Shown one piece after another: positions 9,653 to 18,515 of a stretch of 64,000 nt of DNA. Positions within the stretch are counted from its first letter, which is position 1; each line of letters starts with the position of its first letter. Made by a program: the position numbers and the translations under genes. This DNA is from a virus. The notes below the pieces were generated by a model. That model saw only the letters and a program-made list of their open reading frames with translations. It was not told the origin of the DNA and ran no database searches. Where the stretch lies: positions 39,862 to 103,861 of the IMG/VR virus record IMGVR_UViG_3300046804_004208; one strand, given 5' to 3'.

Positions 9653-11116
9653 ATGTCCCATTTGATTATTTCAAAAAAGAATGAGGTATTTCTTCAAGTT
9701 GAAGCAGAACCACACGTCTACTATGAACTAAGAGACGCATTTCAATTTGAAGTACCAAATGCTAAATTCGCTCCTGCTTACCGAAACAAGTGGTGGGACG
9801 GATTTATCTATCTTTTTAATGTAAATACACAAGAAATATACGTTGGTCTATTAGATAAACTCATAAGATTTTGTGAGCAACATAATTACACTTATGAGTT
9901 TCGTAACAATAAGTATTACGGCCTTCCTTTTGAAGTAAATGAACACATCTCAAAGGAAGGTGTAAAGGATTATATAAATTCTATCTGCAAGTACGCTCCC
10001 CGCGATTATCAAGTTGAGGGAGTATACGACGCTTTACGACATAATAGAAAGTTGCTGATATCTCCAACTGCTTCTGGAAAGTCTTTGATGATATATTCAA
10101 TTGTGAGATATTACGTTGAGAAAGGACAAAATATTCTCGTAGTTGTCCCAACGACATCCCTTGTAGAGCAGATGTATAAAGATTTTGCAGACTATGGGTG
10201 GGATGTTGGTTCATTTTGCCACAAGATATATGCTGGAAAAGAAAGAGAAACAGACTCTCAGGTAATTATCACAACCTGGCAGTCCATCTACAAACTTCCC
10301 CGACAATATTTTTCAAGATTTAATGTGGTAGTTGGAGATGAAGCACACCAGTTTAAATCAAAGTCATTAGTATCTATAATGACAAAACTTTCTGACTGCA
10401 AATATAGATTTGGATTTACTGGTACATTAGACGGATCACAGACTCATAAGTGGGTACTGGAAGGTTTATTTGGACCTTCCTATAAGATTATTAAAACTGA
10501 TGAATTAATGAAAAAAGGTCATGTCGCTACATTAGATATTAATATTCTTCTATTGAAACACCCACCGAATCGCTTCGAAACTTTTGAAGATGAGATTCAA
10601 TATATTATTAATCATGAAAAAAGAAATAAGTTTATTAAAAATCTTGCTCTTGATCTAAAAGGCAATACTCTGATTCTTTTTGCAAGAGTTGAAGGTCATG
10701 GTCAACCTTTATATGAATTAATAAATAAGAGTATCAATGATGATCGCCATGTATTCTTCGTACATGGTGGTGTTGATACTGAAGATAGAGAAAAAGTTCG
10801 TGAAATTACTGAAAAGGAAAATAATGCGATCATTGTGGCATCATATGGAACTTTTAGTACAGGAATTAACATTAAAAATTTACATAATGTTATTTTTGCA
10901 TCACCTTCAAAGTCTAGAATACGTAACTTACAATCAATCGGAAGAGTGCTTAGAAAAAGCAATAACAAAGTAAAAGCAACTCTATACGACATTGCTGATG
11001 ATATCAGTTATAAGTCAAGAAAGAATTACACACTTAATCACTTAATAGAAAGAATAAAAGTTTATAACGAAGAAAACTTTAATTATGATATTGTAAACAT
11101 ACCACTTAAAAACTAA
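9653..11116 (+). CDS. uvsW: SF2 helicase UvsW
   Basis: SPTASGKS, DEAH, GFTGT and QSIGRVLR motifs. Confidence 0.97.
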   Translation: MSHLIISKKNEVFLQVEAEPHVYYELRDAFQFEVPNAKFAPAYRNKWWDGFIYLFNVNTQEIYVGLLDKLIRFCEQHNYTYEFRNNKYYGLPFEVNEHISKEGVKDYINSICKYAPRDYQVEGVYDALRHNRKLLISPTASGKSLMIYSIVRYYVEKGQNILVVVPTTSLVEQMYKDFADYGWDVGSFCHKIYAGKERETDSQVIITTWQSIYKLPRQYFSRFNVVVGDEAHQFKSKSLVSIMTKLSDCKYRFGFTGTLDGSQTHKWVLEGLFGPSYKIIKTDELMKKGHVATLDINILLLKHPPNRFETFEDEIQYIINHEKRNKFIKNLALDLKGNTLILFARVEGHGQPLYELINKSINDDRHVFFVHGGVDTEDREKVREITEKENNAIIVASYGTFSTGINIKNLHNVIFASPSKSRIRNLQSIGRVLRKSNNKVKATLYDIADDISYKSRKNYTLNHLIERIKVYNEENFNYDIVNIPLKN

Positions 11117-11523
11117 TGGGAGAAGAGTTCTACGCAATTATAAAATTAATCTCTGGAGAAGAAATATTTTCCATAGTTTGTATAGATGAAAATGATGGAG
11201 ACCCAGTAGTAATATTATCAAATCCAGTGATAATAAAATATATTCATACAGCAGAAACAATAATGGTTAAGATTAAACCATGGATAGATTTATCTGATGA
11301 TGATTTTTTTATTCTCAGACAAGATAAAATAATTACAATGACCGAAACTAAAAATAAAAATTTAATTGGAATGTATAATAATTACATTAGCAATGATTTG
11401 GGAGAATCTTCTTTTACAAACGATCTGGGTAATGGTAGAGTAAAAGTATCTAATAAAATGGGTTATATATCTTCAGTAGAAAATGCTAAGAAAATTCTTG
11501 AAAAGATATTTAATAACACTTAA
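11116..11523 (+). CDS. Conserved cyanophage hypothetical protein (Sm-like fold candidate)
   Basis: IKLISGEEI...SNP...KPW pattern; usual position between uvsW and g55. Confidence 0.75.
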   Translation: MGEEFYAIIKLISGEEIFSIVCIDENDGDPVVILSNPVIIKYIHTAETIMVKIKPWIDLSDDDFFILRQDKIITMTETKNKNLIGMYNNYISNDLGESSFTNDLGNGRVKVSNKMGYISSVENAKKILEKIFNNT

Positions 11524-11653
11524 ATAATTCTTATATTATTATCTTCAACCATGACAAAGGTAGTCTAGTCCTATTTGGCAATCTTGTCAAGATCTAGTAA
11601 TAATGTTATAATAAATTTAACTTATAAAATTAGATTTATTAAAATTAAATAAT

Positions 11654-12169
11654 ATGACGAAAAAAAAATCAGAGCATTATGTAAATAATAAAGAATTGTT
11701 AGAAGCACTTATTGTTTATCGGAAAAAAGTAGAAAAAGATTTTTTTTCTAAAAATTCTAGAAATCCAACAAGAGAAGATAGGGCCAAATATTGGGAAGGT
11801 AAACCACAAATACCGAACTACTTGGGAGATTGCTTTCTCAAAATTGCAACTCATTTATCATATAAACCAAATTTTGTAAATTATATGTTCCGTGAAGATA
11901 TGATTTCTGATGGTATTGAAAATTGCGTTCAGTATATTCATAACTTTGATCCAGAGAAATCAAATAATCCTTTTGCATACTTTACTCAAATCATTCATTA
12001 TGCATTTTTAAGAAGAATTCAGAAAGAAAAGAAACAACTTGAGATAAAAACAAAAATTATTGAAAGAAGTGGATTTGATGAGGTCATGATGGTAGATGAG
12101 GGCTTGCTTACTGGGAGTAGTTCGGAGTATAATAGTATTAAGGACGCCATCCAATACCGCAATAAATGA
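11654..12169 (+). CDS. g55: Late-transcription sigma factor
   Basis: HYVNNKEL, PNFVNYMFREDMISDGIENC and NPFAYFTQIIHYAFLRRI. Confidence 0.97.
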   Translation: MTKKKSEHYVNNKELLEALIVYRKKVEKDFFSKNSRNPTREDRAKYWEGKPQIPNYLGDCFLKIATHLSYKPNFVNYMFREDMISDGIENCVQYIHNFDPEKSNNPFAYFTQIIHYAFLRRIQKEKKQLEIKTKIIERSGFDEVMMVDEGLLTGSSSEYNSIKDAIQYRNK

Positions 12170-13200
12170 AGGTAGCAATTATTACAGATACTCATTATGG
12201 GGCAAAAAAAGGTTCAAAGTATCTTCACGACCATTTTGAACTTTTTTATAAAAATGTATTTTTTCCTTCCCTAGGAGAATACAATGTAGAAACAGTTATT
12301 CATATGGGAGATGCTTTTGATAGTCGTAAATCAATTGATTATCAAAGTCTTGAGTGGTCAAAGCGTGTGGTATTTGACCCACTTAAAAAATATGATGTTC
12401 ATATGATTATTGGTAATCACGATACATATTACAAAAATACCAATACAGTAAATTCTCCAGAACTTCTTCTTCAAACTTATTCTAACATTAAGACTTATAG
12501 TAAACCGACAGAAGTTAATATTGGTGGATTGAATATTTTATTTTTACCCTGGATTAATCAAGAAAATGAAGAACTCACTTTTAAACTTATTAAAAACACA
12601 ACTTGCAAGTGTGCGATGGGGCACCTTGAGTGTCAAGGATTTAGAGTTAATCGACAACTCATCATGGAACATGGTTTGGAGAGCCAATTATTTGAGAAGT
12701 TCGAACGTGTCTTCTCGGGACATTATCACACTAGATCGTCTAATGGAACAATCTATTATCTAGGAAATCCATATGAGATGTATTGGACTGATGTGAATGA
12801 CACTCGTGGTTTTCATATCTTTGATACGGAAACATTGGAGCATACTCCAATCAACAATCCTTATAAATTATTCTATAACATTTACTATGAAGATACTCCA
12901 CATCAATTATTTGATGCGACAGAGTATAAAAATAAAATTGTCAAAGTGATTGTTCGTAAAAAATCTAAACCAAAAGATTTTGAAAAATTTATTGATAAAC
13001 TTTATAGTGTTGGAGTTCAAGAATTAAAAATTATTGAAAACTTTGAAATTCAAGAAAGTGAAGATTTTCAAGTAGATGAAGATGAAAACACTTTATCCGT
13101 ATTGAATCGTTATATAGATGATTCTGAATTTAATTGTGATAAAAATATCATAAAAACAATCATTCAAGATCTTTATCAACAAGCGTCACAAGTAGAGTAA
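12166..13200 (+). CDS. g47: Recombination endonuclease subunit (Mre11/SbcD-like)
   Basis: DTHYG, GDAFD, GNHD and SGHYH phosphoesterase motifs. Confidence 0.97.
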   Translation: MKVAIITDTHYGAKKGSKYLHDHFELFYKNVFFPSLGEYNVETVIHMGDAFDSRKSIDYQSLEWSKRVVFDPLKKYDVHMIIGNHDTYYKNTNTVNSPELLLQTYSNIKTYSKPTEVNIGGLNILFLPWINQENEELTFKLIKNTTCKCAMGHLECQGFRVNRQLIMEHGLESQLFEKFERVFSGHYHTRSSNGTIYYLGNPYEMYWTDVNDTRGFHIFDTETLEHTPINNPYKLFYNIYYEDTPHQLFDATEYKNKIVKVIVRKKSKPKDFEKFIDKLYSVGVQELKIIENFEIQESEDFQVDEDENTLSVLNRYIDDSEFNCDKNIIKTIIQDLYQQASQVE

Positions 13201-13201
13201 A

Positions 13202-13471
13202 ATGTTTCTTCTAACTATTAAAGATAAAAAAGATGATGGAGCATATGCTGTCCAAGATCAATATGGACACAAAGTTTTATTTCTTTTTGAGGAAGAAGAT
13301 GATGCTACTCGGTATGCTCTAATGTTGGAAGATCAAGAAGACGCTGAAATGGATGTAGTTGAAGTTGATGATGAACTTGCAATAAAAACATGTAAAATGT
13401 ACAACTACAAATATGCAGTGATTACACCTGAAGATATCGTAATTCCCCCCAAAAATGATACTATTTCATAA
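13202..13471 (+). CDS. Conserved cyanophage hypothetical protein
   Basis: 89-aa acidic ORF between g47 and g46. Confidence 0.8.
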   Translation: MFLLTIKDKKDDGAYAVQDQYGHKVLFLFEEEDDATRYALMLEDQEDAEMDVVEVDDELAIKTCKMYNYKYAVITPEDIVIPPKNDTIS

Positions 13472-15182
13472 GATTAAATATAAAAATTTCCTTTCATCTG
13501 GAAATCATTTTACTGAAATTGACTTTCAAAAAAGTAATACAAATCTCATAATTGGGACAAATGGTGCAGGAAAGTCTACAATGTTAGATGCACTTACATT
13601 TGTTCTTTTTAATAAAAGTTTTAGAGGAATTACAAAACCGCAACTTGTCAATAGTGTAAATGAAAAAGATTGTGTAGTTGAAATTGAGTTTTCAATTAAT
13701 AGTAAAAAATATTTGGTTCGTCGTGGAATTAAACCAAATATTTTTGATATTGAAATAAATGGAATTCCTCTTCATAAAGAATCGGATGATCGTGCAAATC
13801 AAAAAATCTTAGAAGAAAATATTCTTAAAGTAAATTACAAATCCTTCACTCAAATTGTGATATTAGGTAGTAGTAATTTTGTACCATTCATGCAACTTAC
13901 TTCTTCGAATCGTCGTGAAGTAATTGAAGATCTTTTAGATATTAGGGTCTTTTCTGCTATGGGTGGTATTGTAAAGGAAAGGATTAAGGAACAAAAAGAA
14001 GAGATTAAATCTTTAAATTTAAAAAAGGATAATCTCAAGGATAAAATCAGTATGCAAGAAAGTTTCATTGAAGAACTTGAAAATCGCGGAAATGCCAATA
14101 TAAATGCCAATAAAGAAAAGATTGCTAATTTAGATAAAGAAGTTGGCATTTATATGACTGAGAACGCTAAGGTAGAAGAAGAAATTATTAAGTATACAAA
14201 AGAACAGGAAGAAGTAATTGGTGCTGATGATAAATTAGTAAAGCTCAACAATTTAAAGGGTAAAATATCTCAAAAAGTATTAACTATTACTAAGGAGCAC
14301 AAGTTTTTTAATGAAAATACGGTCTGCCCTACCTGTACACAAACTATAGAAGAAGAGTTTCGGTTAAATAGAATTACAGACGCTCAAAATAAGGCAAAGG
14401 AACTCCAGAAAGGTTTTCAAGAACTTGAGGAGACTATAAAGTTTGAACAAGAACGAGAGCGTCAATTTACCGTTCTTTCCAAGGAGATTACGAAACTCAA
14501 CCATGAGATTTCTCAAAACAATACTCGGATTTCCCTTAACCAGAGACAAATACGAGACCTTGAATCTGAAATTCAAACTATTGCCCAAAACCTTGCAAAC
14601 AGAAATACTGAGCATGAGAAGTTAGAAGAATTTCAAACCAATCTCCAAAAAACATTCGAAGACCTTTCAAAGAAAAAAGAAGAAATCGTTTATTACGATT
14701 TTGCCTACTCCTTACTCAAGGACGATGGTGTAAAAACGAAGATCATTAAGAAGTATCTTCCGTTCATAAATCAGCAGGTCAATCGTTATCTTCAGATGAT
14801 GGATTTTTATATTAATTTCCATCTTGATGAAGAGTTTAATGAGACAGTAAAATCTCCCATTCACGAAGACTTTTCTTATAGTTCTTTTAGTGAAGGTGAA
14901 AAGATGAGGATTGACCTTGCTCTACTCTTCACCTGGAGAGAAGTGGCAAGAGTTAAGAACTCTGTGAATACGAACCTGCTGATTATGGATGAGGTGTTTG
15001 ATTCCTCACTTGATGGTTTCGGCACTGATGAGTTCCTTAAGATTATCCGTTATGTGATTAAAGATGCTAATATTTTTGTGATTTCTCATAAGGCAGACCT
15101 TCATGACAAATTTGAAAGTGTCATAAGGTTTGAAAAGGTCAAAGGTTTTTCCCGTATGATACCTCCATCAACACAAGACTAA
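13455..15182 (+). CDS. g46: Recombination ATPase subunit (Rad50/SbcC-like)
   Basis: GTNGAGKS Walker A, CPTC zinc hook, FSEGEKMRIDLAL signature, DEVFDSSLD. Confidence 0.98.
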   Translation: MILFHKIKYKNFLSSGNHFTEIDFQKSNTNLIIGTNGAGKSTMLDALTFVLFNKSFRGITKPQLVNSVNEKDCVVEIEFSINSKKYLVRRGIKPNIFDIEINGIPLHKESDDRANQKILEENILKVNYKSFTQIVILGSSNFVPFMQLTSSNRREVIEDLLDIRVFSAMGGIVKERIKEQKEEIKSLNLKKDNLKDKISMQESFIEELENRGNANINANKEKIANLDKEVGIYMTENAKVEEEIIKYTKEQEEVIGADDKLVKLNNLKGKISQKVLTITKEHKFFNENTVCPTCTQTIEEEFRLNRITDAQNKAKELQKGFQELEETIKFEQERERQFTVLSKEITKLNHEISQNNTRISLNQRQIRDLESEIQTIAQNLANRNTEHEKLEEFQTNLQKTFEDLSKKKEEIVYYDFAYSLLKDDGVKTKIIKKYLPFINQQVNRYLQMMDFYINFHLDEEFNETVKSPIHEDFSYSSFSEGEKMRIDLALLFTWREVARVKNSVNTNLLIMDEVFDSSLDGFGTDEFLKIIRYVIKDANIFVISHKADLHDKFESVIRFEKVKGFSRMIPPSTQD

Positions 15183-15316
15183 TGAACACTCCAAACTGGC
15201 AACACCACTCTAAAAAGGAGCAGAAGCGGAAACTGAAACCGCAAGCACTCCGACAAGCAAAGGCACGTCGCCAAGCACTCAAGAAGCGCCTCTCTGGAGG
15301 CGCTTCTTTTTTATAA
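15182..15316 (+). CDS. 44-aa highly basic protein
   Basis: Read manually: MNTPNWQHHSKKEQKRKLKPQALRQAKARRQALKKRLSGGASFL; coupled to g46 stop. Confidence 0.65.
   Translation: MNTPNWQHHSKKEQKRKLKPQALRQAKARRQALKKRLSGGASFL
15281..15312 (+). terminator. Rho-independent terminator
   Basis: aagaagcgcctc-tctg-gaggcgcttctt 12-bp stem plus T-tract. Confidence 0.85.
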
Positions 15317-15334
15317 ATATCTAAAAACCATAAT

Positions 15335-15553
15335 ATGAAAACTTTTCAAGAATTTCAAACTGAGAGTAAATCTCAAGAATTTAAAGATAGGTTGGAAAAA
15401 TTGAAAAAAAGAAGTGCTGCTACAGATGCTGAAGCACAAAAAACGGCGTCTCAAGCCAGATCAGATTTTGATAGATTATCTACATCGGTTGAAAAATATA
15501 AAAAAACAGTTAGTACGGATAGAAAGGCAAATCCTCATGCGGATGAGAACTGA
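15335..15553 (+). CDS. Putative internal head protein
   Basis: MKTFQEFQTE closely matches the T4 IP capsid-targeting sequence; late promoter at 15312. Confidence 0.75.
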   Translation: MKTFQEFQTESKSQEFKDRLEKLKKRSAATDAEAQKTASQARSDFDRLSTSVEKYKKTVSTDRKANPHADEN

Positions 15554-15592
15554 CTTTAAATATAAATAACTAAAAAGTTTTTTTATAAAAAA

Positions 15593-16621
15593 ATGAAAGC
15601 ACAACAGATGCAGTCTTTGTTTGAGGCATATCAAAACATATATGTCCGAGAAGAAGTACAAGAAGAATTTTCGGAAGAAGTAGAAATTGCTGCTCAATAT
15701 TTTTATGAAATGGGTTTAAATGAGGTTGGTGTAGATATTTTAATTGAAGAACTCGGTGACGAAGAATTTGCTGAGTTTGTTTATGATATTGCCGAAGAAT
15801 ATGTTTTAACGGAAGCACGTGCTGGTGGCGCAAAGATTGAACCTAAACTTGCTTCTGGAAAAGCAATTCAGGGAAAACCAAAAGCAGCATCATTAAAAAG
15901 ACTACGTGATCAAAAGGCAGAAAGAAAAGAAGCTGAATCAAAAGCATCTGAATCAAAACCATCTGGAATGAAGGCATCTCTTCAAAGACAATCTGCAGTT
16001 GCTGCTGCTGCAAAGAAGCAACCTAAAAAACCAGGTCTTTTAGATCGTGTTGCTGGTGCAGTGAACAGAGGTATTGAAGCTGCTCAAACAAGATCTGCTG
16101 CTGACGTACAAAGAAGAAAAGAATTTATGAGTGCTGCAAAAGAGACTGGAAAGGTAATTCGTAACGCAGCAGGAAAAGTTGGTGGTGTTGCAAAAGAAGT
16201 TGGCAGAGGAGCATCTGGTGCTACTAAACTTGCTGGGCATGTTGCAAGAAAAGGATTGAGTGATGAGTATATTATAGGATATCTGATTGATGAAGGGTAT
16301 GCTGAAACAACAGAAGCAGCAGAAGCAATTGTGGTGAATATGAGTGAAGAATGGAGAGAAGATATTGTTGAGGCAGCAAAGGATCAATCAAATAAGCAAA
16401 TTGAAAGAGGTGTAAAGACAACTTATAAGGCAGGAAATGTTCTTGATAATCAACATCAAGGTAGGAGTCGTGGTTTATCCCGACTTTCGGCAGGTGAAAG
16501 AGAAGAAAAAACTAAAAGAATGAGAGGTCGTCTAAAGAGTCGTAGAGATGATTTATTTGGAGAGCGTAACAGACGTGAAGATGAAGCAAGAGCAGAAATG
16601 AAGAAAAAATACGGTCTGTAA
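15593..16621 (+). CDS. Modular late protein (EAY..IY / EGYA..MSEEW family), putative internal virion protein
   Basis: Late promoter at 15561; acidic modules alternate with Ala/Lys/Arg-rich segments. Confidence 0.8.
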   Translation: MKAQQMQSLFEAYQNIYVREEVQEEFSEEVEIAAQYFYEMGLNEVGVDILIEELGDEEFAEFVYDIAEEYVLTEARAGGAKIEPKLASGKAIQGKPKAASLKRLRDQKAERKEAESKASESKPSGMKASLQRQSAVAAAAKKQPKKPGLLDRVAGAVNRGIEAAQTRSAADVQRRKEFMSAAKETGKVIRNAAGKVGGVAKEVGRGASGATKLAGHVARKGLSDEYIIGYLIDEGYAETTEAAEAIVVNMSEEWREDIVEAAKDQSNKQIERGVKTTYKAGNVLDNQHQGRSRGLSRLSAGEREEKTKRMRGRLKSRRDDLFGERNRREDEARAEMKKKYGL

Positions 16622-16702
16622 TAGGACACTTCTCAAACTGATACACTAGAGGGTCTCACCACCCTTTTTTTTATAAATATTAAAAAAAGTTTTTATAAAA
16701 AA

Positions 16703-17770
16703 ATGAATTCAAAAGAATATAAAAATATATTGGAAGCATACCAAAGTATTTACGAGCAGATTGGAATTCCTATTCCTCCTGGAAAAACTGCCAAGGATGT
16801 TTTAACCCCTTTAATTAAATCTCATGGTGGTGGTAAAGTTGTTGAACCTAAAAAACCAACATTGCAAAATGCACATTATCAGTTTGAAGATGGTGAAGAG
16901 TTAACTGAAAATCCTTTATCAACATTAGATAGGATTGGAAGATCTGCAGCTCAAACTGTTGGTAGTGAGATTGGTAGGAGACAGGGACAGAAAACTGGAA
17001 TTCCTGGTGGGGGGGTAATAGGTGGTTTAGTTGGTAGTAATAAAGGTGGACAGATGTATGATAAAGCGACAGCACCATTGAGGAAAATTCCTGGATTCAA
17101 CAAAGGGGGAACAGTTAAATCTGAAGATGTTGAAAATGATATCTTTAACTGTCTTGTAGAATATTTGATTTCTGAAGGATATGCTGATAATGAAAACAGT
17201 GCCTCAGTAATTATCTGCAATATGGGTGAAACTTGGAGAACTAGTGTTCTTGAAGAATTGATTGTTGAAAATGCTTTGCAGGATGTTGGAAGAAATATTG
17301 GCAATGCTGCAAAGATGTTTAGAATGATGACTGGTATTGAAAAAATCCCTCAAAAAGCACCTAGTGGACCTGCTAATTTGACTAAAATTGCTATACAAGG
17401 ACCTTCAGAGCAAACTCCTCCTAAACAAACATTTAAAATTGGTACACCACCCAAACCAAATCAAACAGGTCAATATAATTTAATGAGAACTGTTCAATCT
17501 AATACTTCATTAAGACCCAAAAATCCAGGTATTTCAATTCCTGGAAGATTGGGTGTTGCAGCTGCTGGATTACAGGCATATAATACTGGAGATTCAACAC
17601 TTAAGGCTGCTTTGAAAAGAGGTGATTATAAACCAGAACAAGGTCCAAAAAATCCAGACCAGGGATTGACTAAAGCACAATCTTTTGATAAAGCTTTTAA
17701 ACAAGCTAGATCTTCAGGACAAAAAGAATTTACCTGGAACAATAAAAAATATAATACAAAAATTAAATAA
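16703..17770 (+). CDS. Modular late protein (same family)
   Basis: Late promoter at 16672; LEAYQSIY and YLISEGYADNENSASVIICNMGETW; C-terminal SFDKAFKQAR..FTWNNKKYNT domain. Confidence 0.8.
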   Translation: MNSKEYKNILEAYQSIYEQIGIPIPPGKTAKDVLTPLIKSHGGGKVVEPKKPTLQNAHYQFEDGEELTENPLSTLDRIGRSAAQTVGSEIGRRQGQKTGIPGGGVIGGLVGSNKGGQMYDKATAPLRKIPGFNKGGTVKSEDVENDIFNCLVEYLISEGYADNENSASVIICNMGETWRTSVLEELIVENALQDVGRNIGNAAKMFRMMTGIEKIPQKAPSGPANLTKIAIQGPSEQTPPKQTFKIGTPPKPNQTGQYNLMRTVQSNTSLRPKNPGISIPGRLGVAAAGLQAYNTGDSTLKAALKRGDYKPEQGPKNPDQGLTKAQSFDKAFKQARSSGQKEFTWNNKKYNTKIK

Positions 17771-17793
17771 ATAACTAAAAAAGTATTCGTAAA

Positions 17794-18438
17794 ATGGAAG
17801 CAAAACAAGTTAGAAGTTTAATGGAGGCTTATACTTCCATTTATACAGACATCTCCGAATCCCACTTTAAAGTTGGTGATGAGGTTGTATGTAAAGCGAG
17901 TGGGATGGAAGGTGAGATTGTAAAAGTTGACCCAGAAGGCAAGGGTAAGTATTATACTGTCAAGCGTGAAGATGGTAAAACAATGAAGTATGCTCCTGAC
18001 GAGTTAAAACTTGATAAGGAGGAAGAAAAAGGTGAAAAGGAGGAAGAAGGCGCAAGTAAAGAAAAAGAAGGTGAGTTTCACGACAAGTTAGATAAAATGG
18101 TTCATAAAACTTTTGGTAAAAGACCAGAAGAAAAGAAAATGAAGGAAGAAGTAGAAACCGATCTCTTTGATTATCTTCTAGAATACTTAGTTGCCGAAGG
18201 TTATGCAGACACCAATAAGGCAGCACTTGCTATTATGGCAAATATGAGTGAAGAGTGGAAGCAGAGTATTGTTGAGCAAACTGCAAGAATTGATTACACT
18301 CAAGACAAATTTAATCGTCAAAATGCTGAAAAATCTGGATCAGGTCTTACTTATATTCCAGGAAAACAAAATGCTGGACAAGCACTTCAAAAAGCAAAAG
18401 AGTCTGCAAGACAGATGGGGAAACTTGAAGGGGTTTGA
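17794..18438 (+). CDS. Modular late protein (same family) with SH3/KOW-like insert
   Basis: MEAYTSIY; FKVGDEVV...GEIVKV...YTVK; YLVAEGYADTNKAALAIMANMSEEW. Confidence 0.8.
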   Translation: MEAKQVRSLMEAYTSIYTDISESHFKVGDEVVCKASGMEGEIVKVDPEGKGKYYTVKREDGKTMKYAPDELKLDKEEEKGEKEEEGASKEKEGEFHDKLDKMVHKTFGKRPEEKKMKEEVETDLFDYLLEYLVAEGYADTNKAALAIMANMSEEWKQSIVEQTARIDYTQDKFNRQNAEKSGSGLTYIPGKQNAGQALQKAKESARQMGKLEGV

Positions 18439-18439
18439 T

Positions 18440-18494
18440 GCCACTTTCTAAACTGTCCACTGGGAGGTCTTCGGACCTCCTTTTTTTGTATAAT
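18440..18494 (+). promoter_or_regulatory. CA(C/G)TT-N4-AACTG motif + hairpin + TATAAT (putative early/middle promoter)
   Basis: Similar architecture at 20861-20915; a related motif copy at 16624. Confidence 0.55.
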
Positions 18495-18515
18495 GACTCC
18501 ATACGCAACAAATCT

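Noticed and set aside
18435-18515. Extended N-termini called by the ORF track (also 32403, 33460, 42987, 47127, 25503)
   Set aside because: They run through terminators, promoters or upstream genes; downstream ATGs match the expected family starts
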